DNA of 64,000 nt from Escherichia coli O127:H6 str. E2348/69 (GTDB lineage: Bacteria > Pseudomonadota > Gammaproteobacteria > Enterobacterales > Enterobacteriaceae), in NCBI RefSeq assembly GCF_000026545.1, contig NC_011601.1; one strand, 5' to 3'. Positions 1 to 12,398 of this stretch are shown in pieces. Position numbers and translations under genes: made by a program. The notes beneath the pieces were generated by a model. The model saw only the letters and a program-made list of their open reading frames with translations, did not search any database and had not been told where the DNA came from. How positions within the stretch are numbered: the stretch's first letter is position 1; each line of letters starts with the position of its first letter.

Positions 1-1
1 T

Positions 2-850
2 TCTACTAAAGGGATTCGTGAAGGACATACAGTCATTATATTTAAACAATCTGATGGTTCGACTAATCGTTATGAAGGGAAGTCTTTTGAAAGAAAAGAT
101 GATAGTTTATTACACCTGATTACTAACAAGGTTCTGGCGTGTTACCAACGCGAAGCTAACAAGGAAATAGCGCGTCTATTAAATAATCTACAGAAGTTAA
201 ATAATCTACAGGGGTTAAATGATTCGCAGGTGAGTTGTAAAGGTTCAGTTGATTCTACGATTACGGATTTATTAGAAAAAGCATTGAATAAAGCCTTATT
301 AGCAATAAGGAACGAACATCTGCTATTAATGCCTCATGTATGTGATGAATCGATTTCATACTTACTGGGCGAAAATGGTATACTTGAAGAAATAGATAAG
401 CTCTACGAATTAAATGATCACGGAATTGATAATGACAAAGAAGGTAACAATGAAATTAATGACATCATGATTAACCTGTCTCATATTCTTATTGAATCCT
501 TAGATGATGCAAAGGTTAATCTTACACCGGTCATCCATTCGATGTTGGTGACTTTTTTAGATTTGCCATATAATAATGATGTAAAAATACTGGAGTGGTG
601 TTTTAATAAAAGCATGCAATATTTTGATGATTCTGCAAAGATAGAGCATGCATGCTCCGTAATAAATCATATTAATTTTCGCCGCGATCAGTCTAAAGTA
701 GCTGAGACATTATTTTTCAATCTCGATAAAGAGCCCTATAAAAATAGCCCTGAATTACAGGAGTTGATTTGGAAAAAGTTGGTTGTATATGTCAATGATT
801 TTAATTTAAGCAATCGAGAAAAAAACATATTTAATACAAAGGATATTTAA
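2..850 (+). CDS. yjgL: C-terminal part of an AT-rich, Asn/Leu-rich uncharacterized protein (YjgL-like); 5' end lies outside the window
   Basis: Frame 2 is open from nt 2 to the TAA at 848-850; the track ORF 230..850 is only its Met-initiated tail. Its position convergent with argI matches K-12 synteny as I recall it. Confidence 0.55.
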   Translation, partial: STKGIREGHTVIIFKQSDGSTNRYEGKSFERKDDSLLHLITNKVLACYQREANKEIARLLNNLQKLNNLQGLNDSQVSCKGSVDSTITDLLEKALNKALLAIRNEHLLLMPHVCDESISYLLGENGILEEIDKLYELNDHGIDNDKEGNNEINDIMINLSHILIESLDDAKVNLTPVIHSMLVTFLDLPYNNDVKILEWCFNKSMQYFDDSAKIEHACSVINHINFRRDQSKVAETLFFNLDKEPYKNSPELQELIWKKLVVYVNDFNLSNREKNIFNTKDI

Positions 851-1303
851 TAATGTTGAGTCACTATTTAATAAAGCACCTGTCAGCATTTTAGTTAATG
901 ATATTTTTTTTGAATGATTTTTTATGAAAAACACTGAGATGATTAACTGGTGCTTTCCTCGGTTACTTAAGAGTTATGAGGGCGAAAAAATTATTTTGAT
1001 AATTTAAAATGTGATTTAAATGATGAGGAATCTAATAAAGAAACTTTGAAGAATCAACTAGATAATGTTATCAAAGAAAAAATGAATAATGAATTCAAAC
1101 TTAGATTTAGAATGATGCAAACTATCTTTAAATCGAAGGTTAATGTATCGCCATATATTAACCAACAGCGTTTAAATACACTAAATCCTCCGGAAAATTT
1201 ACGTATAGCAATAGAAAAATTTGGCTGAAAGAAAAAACTATCACTGCATAAAATAATGTGATGCCGGGATGTTTTTGTATTTCCCAGCATCTTTATAGAG
1301 ATA

Positions 1304-2317
1304 TTAATTATTTAATTTACTGAGCGTCGCGACCATCACCGCTTTGATGGTATGCATGCGGTTTTCCGCCTGATCAAAAACAATGCTGGCGGCAGATTCG
1401 AAGACCTCATCAGTCACTTCCATTCCGCCATGTAGGCCAAACTCTTCCGCCATTTTCTTACCAAGCGTCGTCTGGTCGTCATGAAAAGCGGGCAGGCAGT
1501 GGAGGAATTTGACCTCCGGGTTACCGGTCAACTGCATCATCTTGCTGTTCACCTGATAATCACGCAGTAATGCAATCCGTTCTGCCCATTTCTCTTTTGC
1601 TTCCCCCATCGACACCCACACATCGGTATAGATAAAGTCAGCACCTTCTACTCCCTTGGCTACATCTTCCGTTAGCGTAATATTCCCGCCATTTTGCTGT
1701 GCCAGAGCGCGGCATTCCGTAACCAGCGCAGCTTCCGGCCAGCATGCCTGTGGCGCGACCAGACGCAAATCCAGACCGGTAAGCGCCGCAGCTTCGAGCA
1801 TCGAATTGCCCATGTTGTTACGCGCGTCACCTGCATAGACCAGCGTCATTTCGTTGAATGCTTTGCCGGGCAAATGCTCCTGCATGGTGAGGAGATCCGC
1901 CAGCAGCTGCGTGGGGTGGAACTCATTGGTCAGGCCGTTCCATACTGGCACGCCAGCGTATTCCGCCAGTGTTTCGACAATCTCCTGACCATAGCCGCGA
2001 TACTGAATACCGTCATACATGCGACCAAGCACGCGGGCAGTGTCTTTAATCGACTCTTTGTGACCAATCTGGCTGCCGCTTGGGCCGAGATAAGTAACGC
2101 GAGCACCCTGGTCATATGCGGCAACTTCGAAAGAGCATCGGGTACGGGTCGAGTCTTTTTCGAAGATGAGCGCGATGTTTTTGCCAGTGAGTCTGGCTTC
2201 TTCTTTACCGCTTTTCTTATCGGCTTTCAGCTTCGCGGCTAACTGCAACAAGCTGTTGAGTTCAGCTGGCGTGAAATCGAGTAATTTCAGGAAATGCTTA
2301 TGATAAAACCCGGACAT
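1304..2317 (-). CDS. argI: ornithine carbamoyltransferase I
   Basis: 337-aa ORF with OTCase motifs STRTR, HPTQ and HCLP, near-identical to my recollection of E. coli ArgI. It ends LSKLNN, apparently 3 aa longer than the K-12 form. Confidence 0.97.
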   Translation of the reverse strand: MSGFYHKHFLKLLDFTPAELNSLLQLAAKLKADKKSGKEEARLTGKNIALIFEKDSTRTRCSFEVAAYDQGARVTYLGPSGSQIGHKESIKDTARVLGRMYDGIQYRGYGQEIVETLAEYAGVPVWNGLTNEFHPTQLLADLLTMQEHLPGKAFNEMTLVYAGDARNNMGNSMLEAAALTGLDLRLVAPQACWPEAALVTECRALAQQNGGNITLTEDVAKGVEGADFIYTDVWVSMGEAKEKWAERIALLRDYQVNSKMMQLTGNPEVKFLHCLPAFHDDQTTLGKKMAEEFGLHGGMEVTDEVFESAASIVFDQAENRMHTIKAVMVATLSKLNN

Positions 2318-2342
2318 AGATCCCTCCTGTGGCTAACGCCTT

Positions 2343-2381
2343 AATGAATTAAAATTCAATTTATATGGATGATTATTCATT
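2343..2381 (-). promoter_or_regulatory. tandem ARG boxes (ArgR operator) in the argI promoter
   Basis: aaTGAATtaaaATTCAat (2343-2360) fits the 18-bp ARG-box consensus exactly. After a 3-bp spacer, taTGGATgattATTCAtt follows (2364-2381), directly upstream of the argI start. Confidence 0.85.
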
Positions 2382-2478
2382 TGCAAGTCTAAAGCATAAA
2401 TCTTTGTCACAAAGGTGGAGGCAATGTCAGTGGTGTGTGACAATAAGAGTATCGGCAGGACATTAAGAGGAATGAGCC

Positions 2479-2895
2479 ATGGCAAACCCGGAACAACTGG
2501 AAGAACAGCGTGAAGAAACACGTTTGATTATTGAAGAATTACTGGAAGATGGCAGCGATCCGGACGCGCTGTACACCATCGAACACCATCTTTCCGCAGA
2601 CGATCTGGAAACTCTGGAAAAAGCGGCAGTTGAAGCGTTTAAACTCGGTTACGAAGTGACCGATCCAGAAGAGCTGGAAGTTGAAGATGGTGATATCGTG
2701 ATTTGCTGCGACATCCTCAGCGAGTGCGCGTTGAATGCCGATCTGATCGATGCCCAGGTTGAACAACTGATGACGCTGGCGGAGAAATTTGACGTTGAGT
2801 ACGACGGTTGGGGCACTTACTTTGAAGATCCTAACGGCGAAGATGGCGACGATGAAGATTTTGTCGATGAAGACGATGACGGGGTTCGCCACTAA
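2479..2895 (+). CDS. rraB: RNase E inhibitor RraB
   Basis: 138-aa very acidic ORF ([29 protein letters not shown]...) matching my memory of RraB/YjgD, at its K-12 position. Confidence 0.93.
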
Positions 2896-2908
2896 TTAAT
2901 TGATTAAA

Positions 2909-2942
2909 ATGCCCGATAGCACATACTAGCGGGCATTTTTTT
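2909..2942. terminator. bidirectional rho-independent terminator between rraB and yjgM
   Basis: Stem atgcccg (2909-2915) / cgggcat (2930-2936) followed by a T-run; an A-rich stretch lies on the other side. Confidence 0.7.
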
Positions 2943-3444
2943 AGAGTTCGCGTAGCATCCGCACTTCACAATCAACATGGCCTGTGCAGCCAAGTGCATA
3001 GTCGATATGTTGAAAACCTAAATGTTCATACAAACCAATCGCTTCTTTCAAAAAAGCGGTCGTTTCCAGATAGCAGCGTTTGAAGCCCATTTCTCGCGCC
3101 TGCTCCATTGCCATTAAGGCCAGTTTTTTTGCCAGCCCTTTGCCGCGGATAGCCGGAAGAAAATACATCTTTTGCAGTTCGCAAATGTCTGACTCACTCC
3201 CGGTTAATGGCGCAATCCCACCGCCGCCGACCACTTCACCCTCGTACTCAACCACCCAATATGCGTGGCCAGGCTGACTATACACTTGATACAGCTCGTC
3301 AAGGTTCGGATCGGCGACGGTGTAGCCTTTATCAGCGGTAAGACCGTATTCGGCGGATACCTGACGAATGACGTGGGCGATAGCAGGATTATCGGCGACG
3401 GTAAGTTTGCGCAAACGGAGTGCGGGAGAAGCGACAACATTCAT
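2941..3444 (-). CDS. yjgM: GNAT-family N-acetyltransferase
   Basis: GNAT acetyl-CoA motif region ([21 protein letters not shown]). I place the start at MNVVASP (3444), giving 167 aa; the track ORF begins 6 codons earlier. Confidence 0.85.
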   Translation of the reverse strand: MNVVASPALRLRKLTVADNPAIAHVIRQVSAEYGLTADKGYTVADPNLDELYQVYSQPGHAYWVVEYEGEVVGGGGIAPLTGSESDICELQKMYFLPAIRGKGLAKKLALMAMEQAREMGFKRCYLETTAFLKEAIGLYEHLGFQHIDYALGCTGHVDCEVRMLREL

Positions 3445-3636
3445 AGCATAGCTCAATTTCAAATGTATGATTTATAGCTCACTTTAATACCACCCTCGCT
3501 TAGGTGGTGCAAGAAGAAGATAAATCAGAAAATATTACGCATATCTCTCTGAGATAAAGCGTATTCTAGGCGAACCAGTATCAATTGACTGGAATTATTA
3601 TTGGTATGAATGGAATTTATTTTAGGGATATAGTTC

Positions 3637-4824
3637 ATGAATGATGTAAACATCGGGAAAGATAATTCTCGGCACTCGTTTGTTTTCACAGGCAAAGGTG
3701 GTGAGTATTTTCTTATTTGTCTTGTGAATTTTTTACTGACAATTATTACTCTGGGAATATATGGGCCGTGGGCATTGATAAAATGCCGTCGTTATATTTA
3801 TCAACATGTGACACTCAAGGGGCAACCATTTAGTTATAAGGGAACAGGTGGTGCCATTTTTGTTAGCATGTTACTTATTGTGGTGGTTTATCTTCTCAGT
3901 ATTTCTTGTTTTGCAGGTCAACACTTTGCGCTCGGTTTATTCCTGTTTGCTCTCTTGATCTGCGGTATTCCTTGTATGGCAGTGAAGAGTCTGCAGTATC
4001 AGGCGAACATGACCTCACTGAATGACATTCGCTTTGGCTTTAACTGCTCAATGATGCGTGCATGGTGGGTTATGTTAGGTCTGCCAGTTTTGTTGGCATT
4101 AGCTTTTTGGCTCGCACTGTACCTTATTGCGCAAGTGACGACATCGATAGGTGGGTTATTCTTTAACTTAGTGGTCTTAAGTTTGCTTTCCGTCATCGGA
4201 CTGGGTGTTATCAACGGTATTACCTATAGCAAGTGGATGCCATTACTGGGTAATAACACGACTTTTGGTGTCCATCAATTTTCCATTAAGGTCAACGTAA
4301 AAGAGTGCATTAAAGGCTGTATGCTCGCAATATTAACCATGGTTCCTTTCATCATTGTGATTGGTATTATGATCGCACCAGTATTTCAGCAGTTAATGAT
4401 GATGACCATGTTGGGTAGGTCTGATGCTGGCAGTGAGTTTGTATTACAATATTACCCGCAGATTATGGCTTCTTATTTCCTGTATTTTGTCGCGATCCTT
4501 GTGTTTGCCAGTTATCTCTATGTCACGTTACGCAGTTTGTTCCTGAATAATCTGACACTGGCAAATGGCGCTATTCGTTTTCATTCATCTGTTACCGCGA
4601 TCGGTATGCTTCTGCGCATGTTGGCGTTATTAATGGGGGCCTCAATTACCTGTGGTCTGGCTTATCCCTGGCTGAAAATGTGGATGGTTAGCTGGATTGC
4701 TAACAATACCCATGTCCAGGGCGACCTTGATTCGCTGGAGTTAACCAATGATGACAAACCGCAGGATAGCGGTTCGTTAATGTGGATATCTCGCGGTATT
4801 ATGCCGTATGTTCCGTTTATCTAA
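3637..4824 (+). CDS. yjgN: polytopic inner-membrane protein (DUF898-type)
   Basis: 395-aa ORF with many hydrophobic segments, at the K-12 yjgN position. Confidence 0.85.
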   Translation: MNDVNIGKDNSRHSFVFTGKGGEYFLICLVNFLLTIITLGIYGPWALIKCRRYIYQHVTLKGQPFSYKGTGGAIFVSMLLIVVVYLLSISCFAGQHFALGLFLFALLICGIPCMAVKSLQYQANMTSLNDIRFGFNCSMMRAWWVMLGLPVLLALAFWLALYLIAQVTTSIGGLFFNLVVLSLLSVIGLGVINGITYSKWMPLLGNNTTFGVHQFSIKVNVKECIKGCMLAILTMVPFIIVIGIMIAPVFQQLMMMTMLGRSDAGSEFVLQYYPQIMASYFLYFVAILVFASYLYVTLRSLFLNNLTLANGAIRFHSSVTAIGMLLRMLALLMGASITCGLAYPWLKMWMVSWIANNTHVQGDLDSLELTNDDKPQDSGSLMWISRGIMPYVPFI

Positions 4825-4830
4825 ATAAAA

Positions 4831-4860
4831 AGGCCGGAGCATGCTCCGGCCTTCGTTTTC
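4831..4860. terminator. bidirectional terminator between yjgN and valS
   Basis: Stem aggccggagc (4831-4840) / gctccggcct (4843-4852) followed by tcgttttc; an A-run lies upstream for the opposite strand. Confidence 0.7.
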
Positions 4861-4870
4861 ACGATGAGTA

Positions 4871-7726
4871 TTACAGCGCGGCGATAACAGCCTGCTGTTC
4901 AATCAGCTTCGCTTTCGCTTCTGCATAGCCTTCCAGCTTCTCACGCTCTTTCGCGATGACCGCTTCCGGTGCGCGGGCGACAAAGCCTTCGTTCGCCAGC
5001 TTGTTCTCAATACGGCTGATTTCGCCTTCGATCTTCGCTACTTCTTTCGCCAGACGTGCCAGCTCATCTTCTTTGTTGATGAGGCCTGCCATCGGGATCA
5101 GCAGTTCTGCGCCGTCGACGATCTTTGTAACGGAAACCGGACCTTTATCATCAGCAGGCAGCACGGTGATGCTTTCCAGACGCGCCAGCGTTTGCAGGAA
5201 GCCGCGGTTTTCATTTACGCGACGTTCTGCATCCGCGCTGCAACCACGCAGCAGCAGCTCCAGCGGTTTACCCGGTGCGATGTTCATTTCTGCACGGATG
5301 TTACGTACAGCAACGATCGCCTGTTTCAGCCACTCGGTGTCGGCCAGTGCGGCTTCATCAACCTGAGACGCATCGTACTGCGGGAACGGCTGCAGCATGA
5401 TGGTATCGGCAGTGATACCGCAAAGTACTTTCACTCGCTGCCAGATGGTTTCGGTGATGAACGGAATGATCGGATGCGCGAGGCGCAGCAGACCTTCCAG
5501 AACAGTCACCAGCGTATGGCGAGTACCGCGCAGTTCGGCTTCTGTTCCACCGTTCATTACCGGCTTGGTCAGCTCCAGATACCAGTCGCAGAACTGGTTC
5601 CAGGTGAACTCATACAGAATGCCTGCGGCGATATCGAAGCGGAAGCTGTCCAGCGCTTCGCGGTACGCTTTGATGGTCTGGTTGAACTCTGCCAGAATCC
5701 AGCGATCCGCCAGCGACAGCGTCATTTCACCGCCGTTAAAGCCGCAATCCTGACCTTCCGTATTCATCAGCACAAAGCGGCTGGCGTTCCACAGCTTGTT
5801 ACAGAAGTTACGGTAACCTTCCAGACGCTTCATATCCCAGTTGATGTCACGACCAGTAGAAGCCAGCGCCGCCAGGGTGAAGCGCAGCGCGTCAGTACCG
5901 TGCGGCTCAATGCCGTTCGGGAACTGCTTCTCGGTGCGCTTACGGATTTTGTCCGCCAGCTGCGGCTGCATCATATTGCCGGTACGTTTTTCCAGCAGTT
6001 CCGGCAGCGAAATACCGTCAACCATATCCAGTGGGTCAATCACGTTACCTTTGGATTTGGACATCTTCTGGCCTTCGTCATCACGAATCAGGCCGGTCAT
6101 GTAAACGGTGTGGAACGGCACCTGCGGTTTGCCATTTTCATCTTTGATGAAGTGCATGGTCATCATGATCATGCGGGCAATCCAGAAGAAGATGATGTCG
6201 AAGCCGGATACCATCACGCTGGTTGGGTGGAACTGGCGCAGTGCGTCGGTGTTTTCCGGCCAGCCGAGCGTGGAGAAGGTCCACAGCGCGGAGGAGAACC
6301 AGGTGTCGAGAACGTCTTCATCCTGACGCAGCGCAACATCAGCACCGAGGTTATTTTCTTTACGCACTTCGTCTTCGTTGCGGCCAACATAAACATTACC
6401 CGCTTCGTCATACCATGCCGGGATACGGTGACCCCACCATAGCTGACGAGAGATACACCAGTCCTGAATATCGCGCATCCAGGAGAAATACATGTTTTCG
6501 TACTGCTTCGGTACGAACTGAATGTCGCCATTCTCAACCGCTTCAACTGCCGGTTTCGCCAGTACATCGGCACGCACGTACCACTGGTCGGTCAGCATCG
6601 GTTCGATAACCACGCCACCACGGTCGCCATAAGGAACGGTCAGGTCGTGCGGTTTAATTTCTTCCAGCAGGCCGAGCGCGTCAACCGCAGCAACGACTGC
6701 TTTACGTGCAGCAAAACGCTCCAGTTTCTGGAACTCTGCCGGGATTTCGCTGGAATAAACGTCAGATTCGTTACCTTTGGTATCGAACACCTGGGCGCTT
6801 TCACGGATATCGCCGTCAAAGGTCAGGATGTTGATCATCGGCAGGGCGTGACGTTTACCGACTTCATAGTCGTTAAAGTCGTGCGCTGGGGTGATCTTCA
6901 CGCAGCCGGTGCCTTTTTCCATGTCGGCGTGTTCGTCGCCAACGATCGGAATACGACGGTTAACCAGCGGCAGAATGACATATTTGCCAATCAGATCTTT
7001 ATAACGCGGATCTTCCGGGTTAACGGCCACGCCAGTATCGCCCAGCAGGGTTTCCGGACGGGTAGTCGCAACCACCAGATAATCTTTACCGTCTGCGGTT
7101 TTCGCGCCGTCAGCCAGCGGATAGCGGATGTGCCACATCGAACCTTTCGATTCGCGGTTTTCCACTTCCAGGTCAGAGATAGCGGTGCGCAGTTTCGGGT
7201 CCCAGTTTACCAGGCGCTTGCCACGGTAAATCAGGTCTTCTTTATACAGACGAACGAAAACTTCTTTCACCGCATTGGACAGACCTTCGTCCATGGTGAA
7301 GCGTTCACGCTCCCAGTCGACGGAGTTGCCGAGACGGCGCATCTGACGGGTAATGGTGCCGCCTGATTCCGCTTTCCATTCCCAGATTTTGTCGATGAAA
7401 GCTTCGCGGCCGTAGTCGTGACGGGTTTTACCTTCTTCTGCGGCAATCTTGCGCTCAACGACCATCTGGGTAGCGATCCCGGCGTGGTCAGTACCGACCT
7501 GCCACAGGGTGTTTTTGCCCTGCATGCGCTGATAGCGGATCATGGTATCCATGATGGTTTGCTGGAAGGCGTGACCCATATGCAAACTGCCGGTGACGTT
7601 CGGCGGCGGGATCATGATGCAGAAACTTTCCTGGCTTTCATCGCCATTAGGCTTAAAGTAGCCCTGCTTTTCCCAGTGCTCGTAAAGCGGCTGTTCGATA
7701 TCTTGTGGGTTATATGTCTTTTCCAT
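4871..7726 (-). CDS. valS: valine--tRNA ligase
   Basis: 951-aa ORF with class I aaRS motifs [11 protein letters not shown] (HIGH) and KMSKS and a C-terminal coiled coil. Confidence 0.98.
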   Translation of the reverse strand: MEKTYNPQDIEQPLYEHWEKQGYFKPNGDESQESFCIMIPPPNVTGSLHMGHAFQQTIMDTMIRYQRMQGKNTLWQVGTDHAGIATQMVVERKIAAEEGKTRHDYGREAFIDKIWEWKAESGGTITRQMRRLGNSVDWERERFTMDEGLSNAVKEVFVRLYKEDLIYRGKRLVNWDPKLRTAISDLEVENRESKGSMWHIRYPLADGAKTADGKDYLVVATTRPETLLGDTGVAVNPEDPRYKDLIGKYVILPLVNRRIPIVGDEHADMEKGTGCVKITPAHDFNDYEVGKRHALPMINILTFDGDIRESAQVFDTKGNESDVYSSEIPAEFQKLERFAARKAVVAAVDALGLLEEIKPHDLTVPYGDRGGVVIEPMLTDQWYVRADVLAKPAVEAVENGDIQFVPKQYENMYFSWMRDIQDWCISRQLWWGHRIPAWYDEAGNVYVGRNEDEVRKENNLGADVALRQDEDVLDTWFSSALWTFSTLGWPENTDALRQFHPTSVMVSGFDIIFFWIARMIMMTMHFIKDENGKPQVPFHTVYMTGLIRDDEGQKMSKSKGNVIDPLDMVDGISLPELLEKRTGNMMQPQLADKIRKRTEKQFPNGIEPHGTDALRFTLAALASTGRDINWDMKRLEGYRNFCNKLWNASRFVLMNTEGQDCGFNGGEMTLSLADRWILAEFNQTIKAYREALDSFRFDIAAGILYEFTWNQFCDWYLELTKPVMNGGTEAELRGTRHTLVTVLEGLLRLAHPIIPFITETIWQRVKVLCGITADTIMLQPFPQYDASQVDEAALADTEWLKQAIVAVRNIRAEMNIAPGKPLELLLRGCSADAERRVNENRGFLQTLARLESITVLPADDKGPVSVTKIVDGAELLIPMAGLINKEDELARLAKEVAKIEGEISRIENKLANEGFVARAPEAVIAKEREKLEGYAEAKAKLIEQQAVIAAL

Positions 7727-8169
7727 TATTTCCAGGTTGCCGTATTCAGGTTGAAACCAGCCACGCGGTAGGCTTTATAGCGTTCGCGCGCCAGTTGTTT
7801 CAGAGAATCTTCATAAGGAACGAAGTCTACCACTTCTGTGAAAGCGGTGGCAAAATCTGCAAAGCTTGTTCGCAGACTAATCAATATATCGCGCGGGCTG
7901 CTGCTGCGCTTTTGCGGCCAGGCGATCTCCACCGGCGCACCGCCGCGCGGTCCTTCTCCCGCTAAATTATGCGGAACAAAGCTTTCTGCCGGACGCGCCC
8001 ACAGGGCTTCATCCAGTCGGTAAGCCTGCTTTTCATCTTCACAGGCGATGAGTACGCGCTTACCACTGCGCCAACGTTCTGCGGCAATTTCACACACCAA
8101 CTGCTCAACGGCGCTTAAGCCATCGACGGTGGTGTCATTGTCCAGAAGGTAGAACGTTGCGTTTTTCAT
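7726..8169 (-). CDS. holC: DNA polymerase III chi subunit
   Basis: 147-aa ORF ([46 protein letters not shown]...). Its stop overlaps the valS start, as in K-12. Confidence 0.95.
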   Translation of the reverse strand: MKNATFYLLDNDTTVDGLSAVEQLVCEIAAERWRSGKRVLIACEDEKQAYRLDEALWARPAESFVPHNLAGEGPRGGAPVEIAWPQKRSSSPRDILISLRTSFADFATAFTEVVDFVPYEDSLKQLARERYKAYRVAGFNLNTATWK

Positions 8170-8216
8170 ATATGGGGCTTCTTGTGGTGGATTTAAATAC
8201 GTATCAGGTATACACC

Positions 8217-8310
<94 letters not shown>

Positions 8311-8330
8311 GACAACTTTACCTGATGCAA

Positions 8331-9845
<1,515 letters not shown>

Positions 9846-10108
9846 CTACGCTCCTGAATCTTAAAGACAACGGCGGTGGCTACAGATAGAATTGCAAGCT
9901 TTCGTAACTCATGTCCGCTGTTGCGATGACTTCGTGTTAATCTTAACGTTATTACGGCATTGGCACGTCAGAACAAAATCTGAGAGGTGAATCCGTTGAG
10001 TATAATTATCTTAGCGACGATTTCGACGACTCAAGAGAATAAATGACGTTTAAGCCATGAAACAAGCTAAAATCCTGCAAAAGACGAGTTTTTACGGGCG
10101 TATTTAAA

Positions 10109-11209
10109 GTGATAATCATAAGATATCTGGTGCGGGAGACGCTCAAAAGCCAGCTGGCGATACTCTTCATCTTGCTTTTGATCTTCTTCTGTCAAAAGTT
10201 AGTGAGGATCCTCGGCGCAGCGGTTGACGGCGATATTCCGGCGAATCTGGTGCTCTCCCTTCTCGGGTTGGGCGTGCCGGAAATGGCGCAGCTTATCCTG
10301 CCATTAAGCCTGTTCCTCGGGCTGCTGATGACGCTGGGCAAACTGTATACCGAAAGTGAAATTACGGTAATGCATGCCTGCGGTCTGAGCAAAGCGGTGC
10401 TGGTGAAAGCGGCAATGATCCTTGCGGTGTTCACGGCAATCGTCGCGGCGGTTAACGTGATGTGGGCGGGACCATGGTCATCGCGTCATCAGGATGAAGT
10501 GTTAGCAGAAGCGAAAGCGAACCCTGGCATGGCGGCGCTGGCGCAAGGGCAATTCCAGCAAGCGACTAATGGCAGCTCGGTGCTGTTCATCGAAAGCGTT
10601 GACGGCAGCGATTTCAAAGATGTGTTCCTCGCGCAAATTCGACCAAAAGGTAATGCACGACCTTCTGTGGTGGTGGCCGATTCCGGACATTTAACCCAGC
10701 TGCGCGACGGCTCCCAGGTCGTCACTCTCAACCAGGGAACGCGCTTCGAAGGCACTGCACTGTTACGTGATTTCCGCATTACGGATTTCCAGGATTATCA
10801 GGCGATCATTGGTCACCAGGCGGTGGCGCTCGACCCGAACGATACCGACCAGATGGACATGCGCACATTGTGGAACACTGACACCGATCGTGCTCGCGCA
10901 GAACTGAACTGGCGTATCACGTTGGTGTTCACCGTGTTTATGATGGCACTTATGGTCGTACCGCTGAGCGTGGTTAACCCGCGTCAGGGGCGCGTACTAT
11001 CGATGCTGCCAGCCATGCTGCTGTATCTGTTGTTCTTCCTGATCCAGACCTCCCTGAAATCGAACGGCGGTAAAGGTAAGCTGGACCCGACGCTGTGGAT
11101 GTGGACCGTTAACCTGATTTATCTGGCTTTGGCGATTGTTCTCAACCTTTGGGACACCGTGCCGGTCCGTCGCCTGCGCGCCAGTTTTTCGCGTAAAGGA
11201 GCGGTGTGA
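10109..11209 (+). CDS. lptF: LPS export ABC permease LptF
   Basis: 366-aa ORF with a GTG start (MIIIRYLVRETLKSQLAILF...), YjgP/YjgQ permease family. Confidence 0.95.
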   Translation: MIIIRYLVRETLKSQLAILFILLLIFFCQKLVRILGAAVDGDIPANLVLSLLGLGVPEMAQLILPLSLFLGLLMTLGKLYTESEITVMHACGLSKAVLVKAAMILAVFTAIVAAVNVMWAGPWSSRHQDEVLAEAKANPGMAALAQGQFQQATNGSSVLFIESVDGSDFKDVFLAQIRPKGNARPSVVVADSGHLTQLRDGSQVVTLNQGTRFEGTALLRDFRITDFQDYQAIIGHQAVALDPNDTDQMDMRTLWNTDTDRARAELNWRITLVFTVFMMALMVVPLSVVNPRQGRVLSMLPAMLLYLLFFLIQTSLKSNGGKGKLDPTLWMWTVNLIYLALAIVLNLWDTVPVRRLRASFSRKGAV

Positions 11210-12291
11210 TGCAACCTTTTGGCGTACTTGACCGCTATATCGGTAAAACTATTTTCACCACCATCATGATGACGCTGTTCATGCAGGTGTCGCTGTCCGG
11301 CATTATCAAGTTTGTCGATCAGCTGAAAAAAGCCGGGCAGGGGAGTTACGACGCGTTAGGCGCAGGAATGTATACCTTGCTGAGCGTGCCGAAAGATGTG
11401 CAAATCTTCTTCCCGATGGCGGCTCTGCTTGGGGCGTTGCTTGGTCTTGGGATGCTGGCGCAGCGCAGCGAACTGGTAGTCATGCAGGCTTCTGGTTTTA
11501 CCCGTATGCAGGTGGCGCTGTCGGTGATGAAAACCGCCATTCCGCTGGTCTTGCTGACGATGGCGATTGGTGAATGGGTCGCGCCGCAGGGCGAGCAGAT
11601 GGCGCGTAACTACCGTGCGCAGGCGATGTACGGCGGCTCGTTGCTCTCTACCCAGCAAGGTTTATGGGCGAAAGATGGCAACAACTTCGTCTACATTGAG
11701 CGGGTTAAAGGTGACGAAGAGTTAGGTGGCATCAGTATTTATGCCTTTAACGAGAATCGTCGTCTGCAATCCGTACGCTATGCCGCTACCGCGAAGTTTG
11801 ACCCGGAACATAAAGTCTGGCGTCTGTCGCAGGTTGATGAATCTGATTTGACCAATCCGAAACAGATCACCGGTTCGCAGACGGTGAGCGGCACCTGGAA
11901 AACCAACCTAACGCCAGACAAACTGGGCGTGGTGGCGCTGGACCCGGATGCACTCTCTATCCGCGGTTTGCACAACTATGTGAAGTATCTGAAGTCGAGC
12001 GGTCAGGATGCCGGACGTTATCAGCTCAACATGTGGAGCAAAATCTTCCAGCCGCTATCCGTGGCGGTGATGATGCTGATGGCGCTGTCGTTCATCTTTG
12101 GCCCACTGCGTAGCGTACCGATGGGCGTGCGTGTGGTCACCGGTATCAGCTTCGGTTTTGTCTTCTACGTACTGGACCAGATCTTCGGCCCGCTGACGTT
12201 GGTTTACGGCATCCCGCCGATCATTGGCGCACTGTTGCCAAGTGCCAGCTTCTTCTTAATCAGCCTGTGGCTGTTAATGAGAAAATCGTAA
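11209..12291 (+). CDS. lptG: LPS export ABC permease LptG
   Basis: The ATG at 11209 overlaps the lptF stop (gtgATGc). 360 aa, MQPFGVLDRYIGKTIF... Confidence 0.95.
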   Translation: MQPFGVLDRYIGKTIFTTIMMTLFMQVSLSGIIKFVDQLKKAGQGSYDALGAGMYTLLSVPKDVQIFFPMAALLGALLGLGMLAQRSELVVMQASGFTRMQVALSVMKTAIPLVLLTMAIGEWVAPQGEQMARNYRAQAMYGGSLLSTQQGLWAKDGNNFVYIERVKGDEELGGISIYAFNENRRLQSVRYAATAKFDPEHKVWRLSQVDESDLTNPKQITGSQTVSGTWKTNLTPDKLGVVALDPDALSIRGLHNYVKYLKSSGQDAGRYQLNMWSKIFQPLSVAVMMLMALSFIFGPLRSVPMGVRVVTGISFGFVFYVLDQIFGPLTLVYGIPPIIGALLPSASFFLISLWLLMRKS

Positions 12292-12297
12292 CCTAAC

Positions 12298-12322
12298 AAG
12301 GGAGCGAAAGCTCCCTTTTTTA
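12298..12322 (+). terminator. lptG rho-independent terminator
   Basis: gggagc-gaaa-gctccc hairpin (12300-12315) followed by a T-run. Confidence 0.75.
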
Positions 12323-12355
12323 TTGTTGACAAAGTCAAATACGAGTTCGAACGGT

Positions 12356-12393
12356 CCCCTCGCCCCTTTGGGGAGAGGGTTAGGGTGAGGGGC
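12356..12393. repeat. GC-rich nested-palindrome intergenic repeat (Box C-like family)
   Basis: cccctcgcccctttggggagagggttagggtgaggggc. This sequence type recurs in enterobacterial intergenic regions and generates the artefactual ORF 12204..12395 (..LTLSPKGRGD..). Confidence 0.5.
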
Positions 12394-12398
12394 ACAGA

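Noticed and set aside
179-229. Degenerate 18-bp tandem repeat (ttaaataatctacagaag / ttaaataatctacagggg / ttaaatgattcgcag) in yjgL.
   Set aside because: It is in-frame (LNNLQK/LNNLQG/LNDSQ) within a low-complexity Asn/Leu-rich protein, so it is probably ordinary coding-repeat drift.
1046-1228. 60-aa ORF with a TTG start between yjgL and argI.
   Set aside because: It has a non-canonical start, lies in AT-rich DNA, and has an equally long antisense ORF (1054..1290). There is no supporting signal.
5192-6442. 416-aa ORF, plus many other long ORFs, antisense to valS. Similar cases are 1694..2242 in argI, 9111..9530 in pepA, 14013..14900 in ahr, 57117..58133 in uxuA and 58403..58963 in uxuB.
   Set aside because: They are shadow frames of strongly supported conserved genes, with Arg/His/Gln-rich odd composition, no RBS and no recognisable motifs.
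12204-12395. 63-aa ORF (..LTLSPKGRGD..) downstream of lptG.
   Set aside because: It is generated by the GC-rich palindromic intergenic repeat and overlaps the lptG 3' end in antisense.
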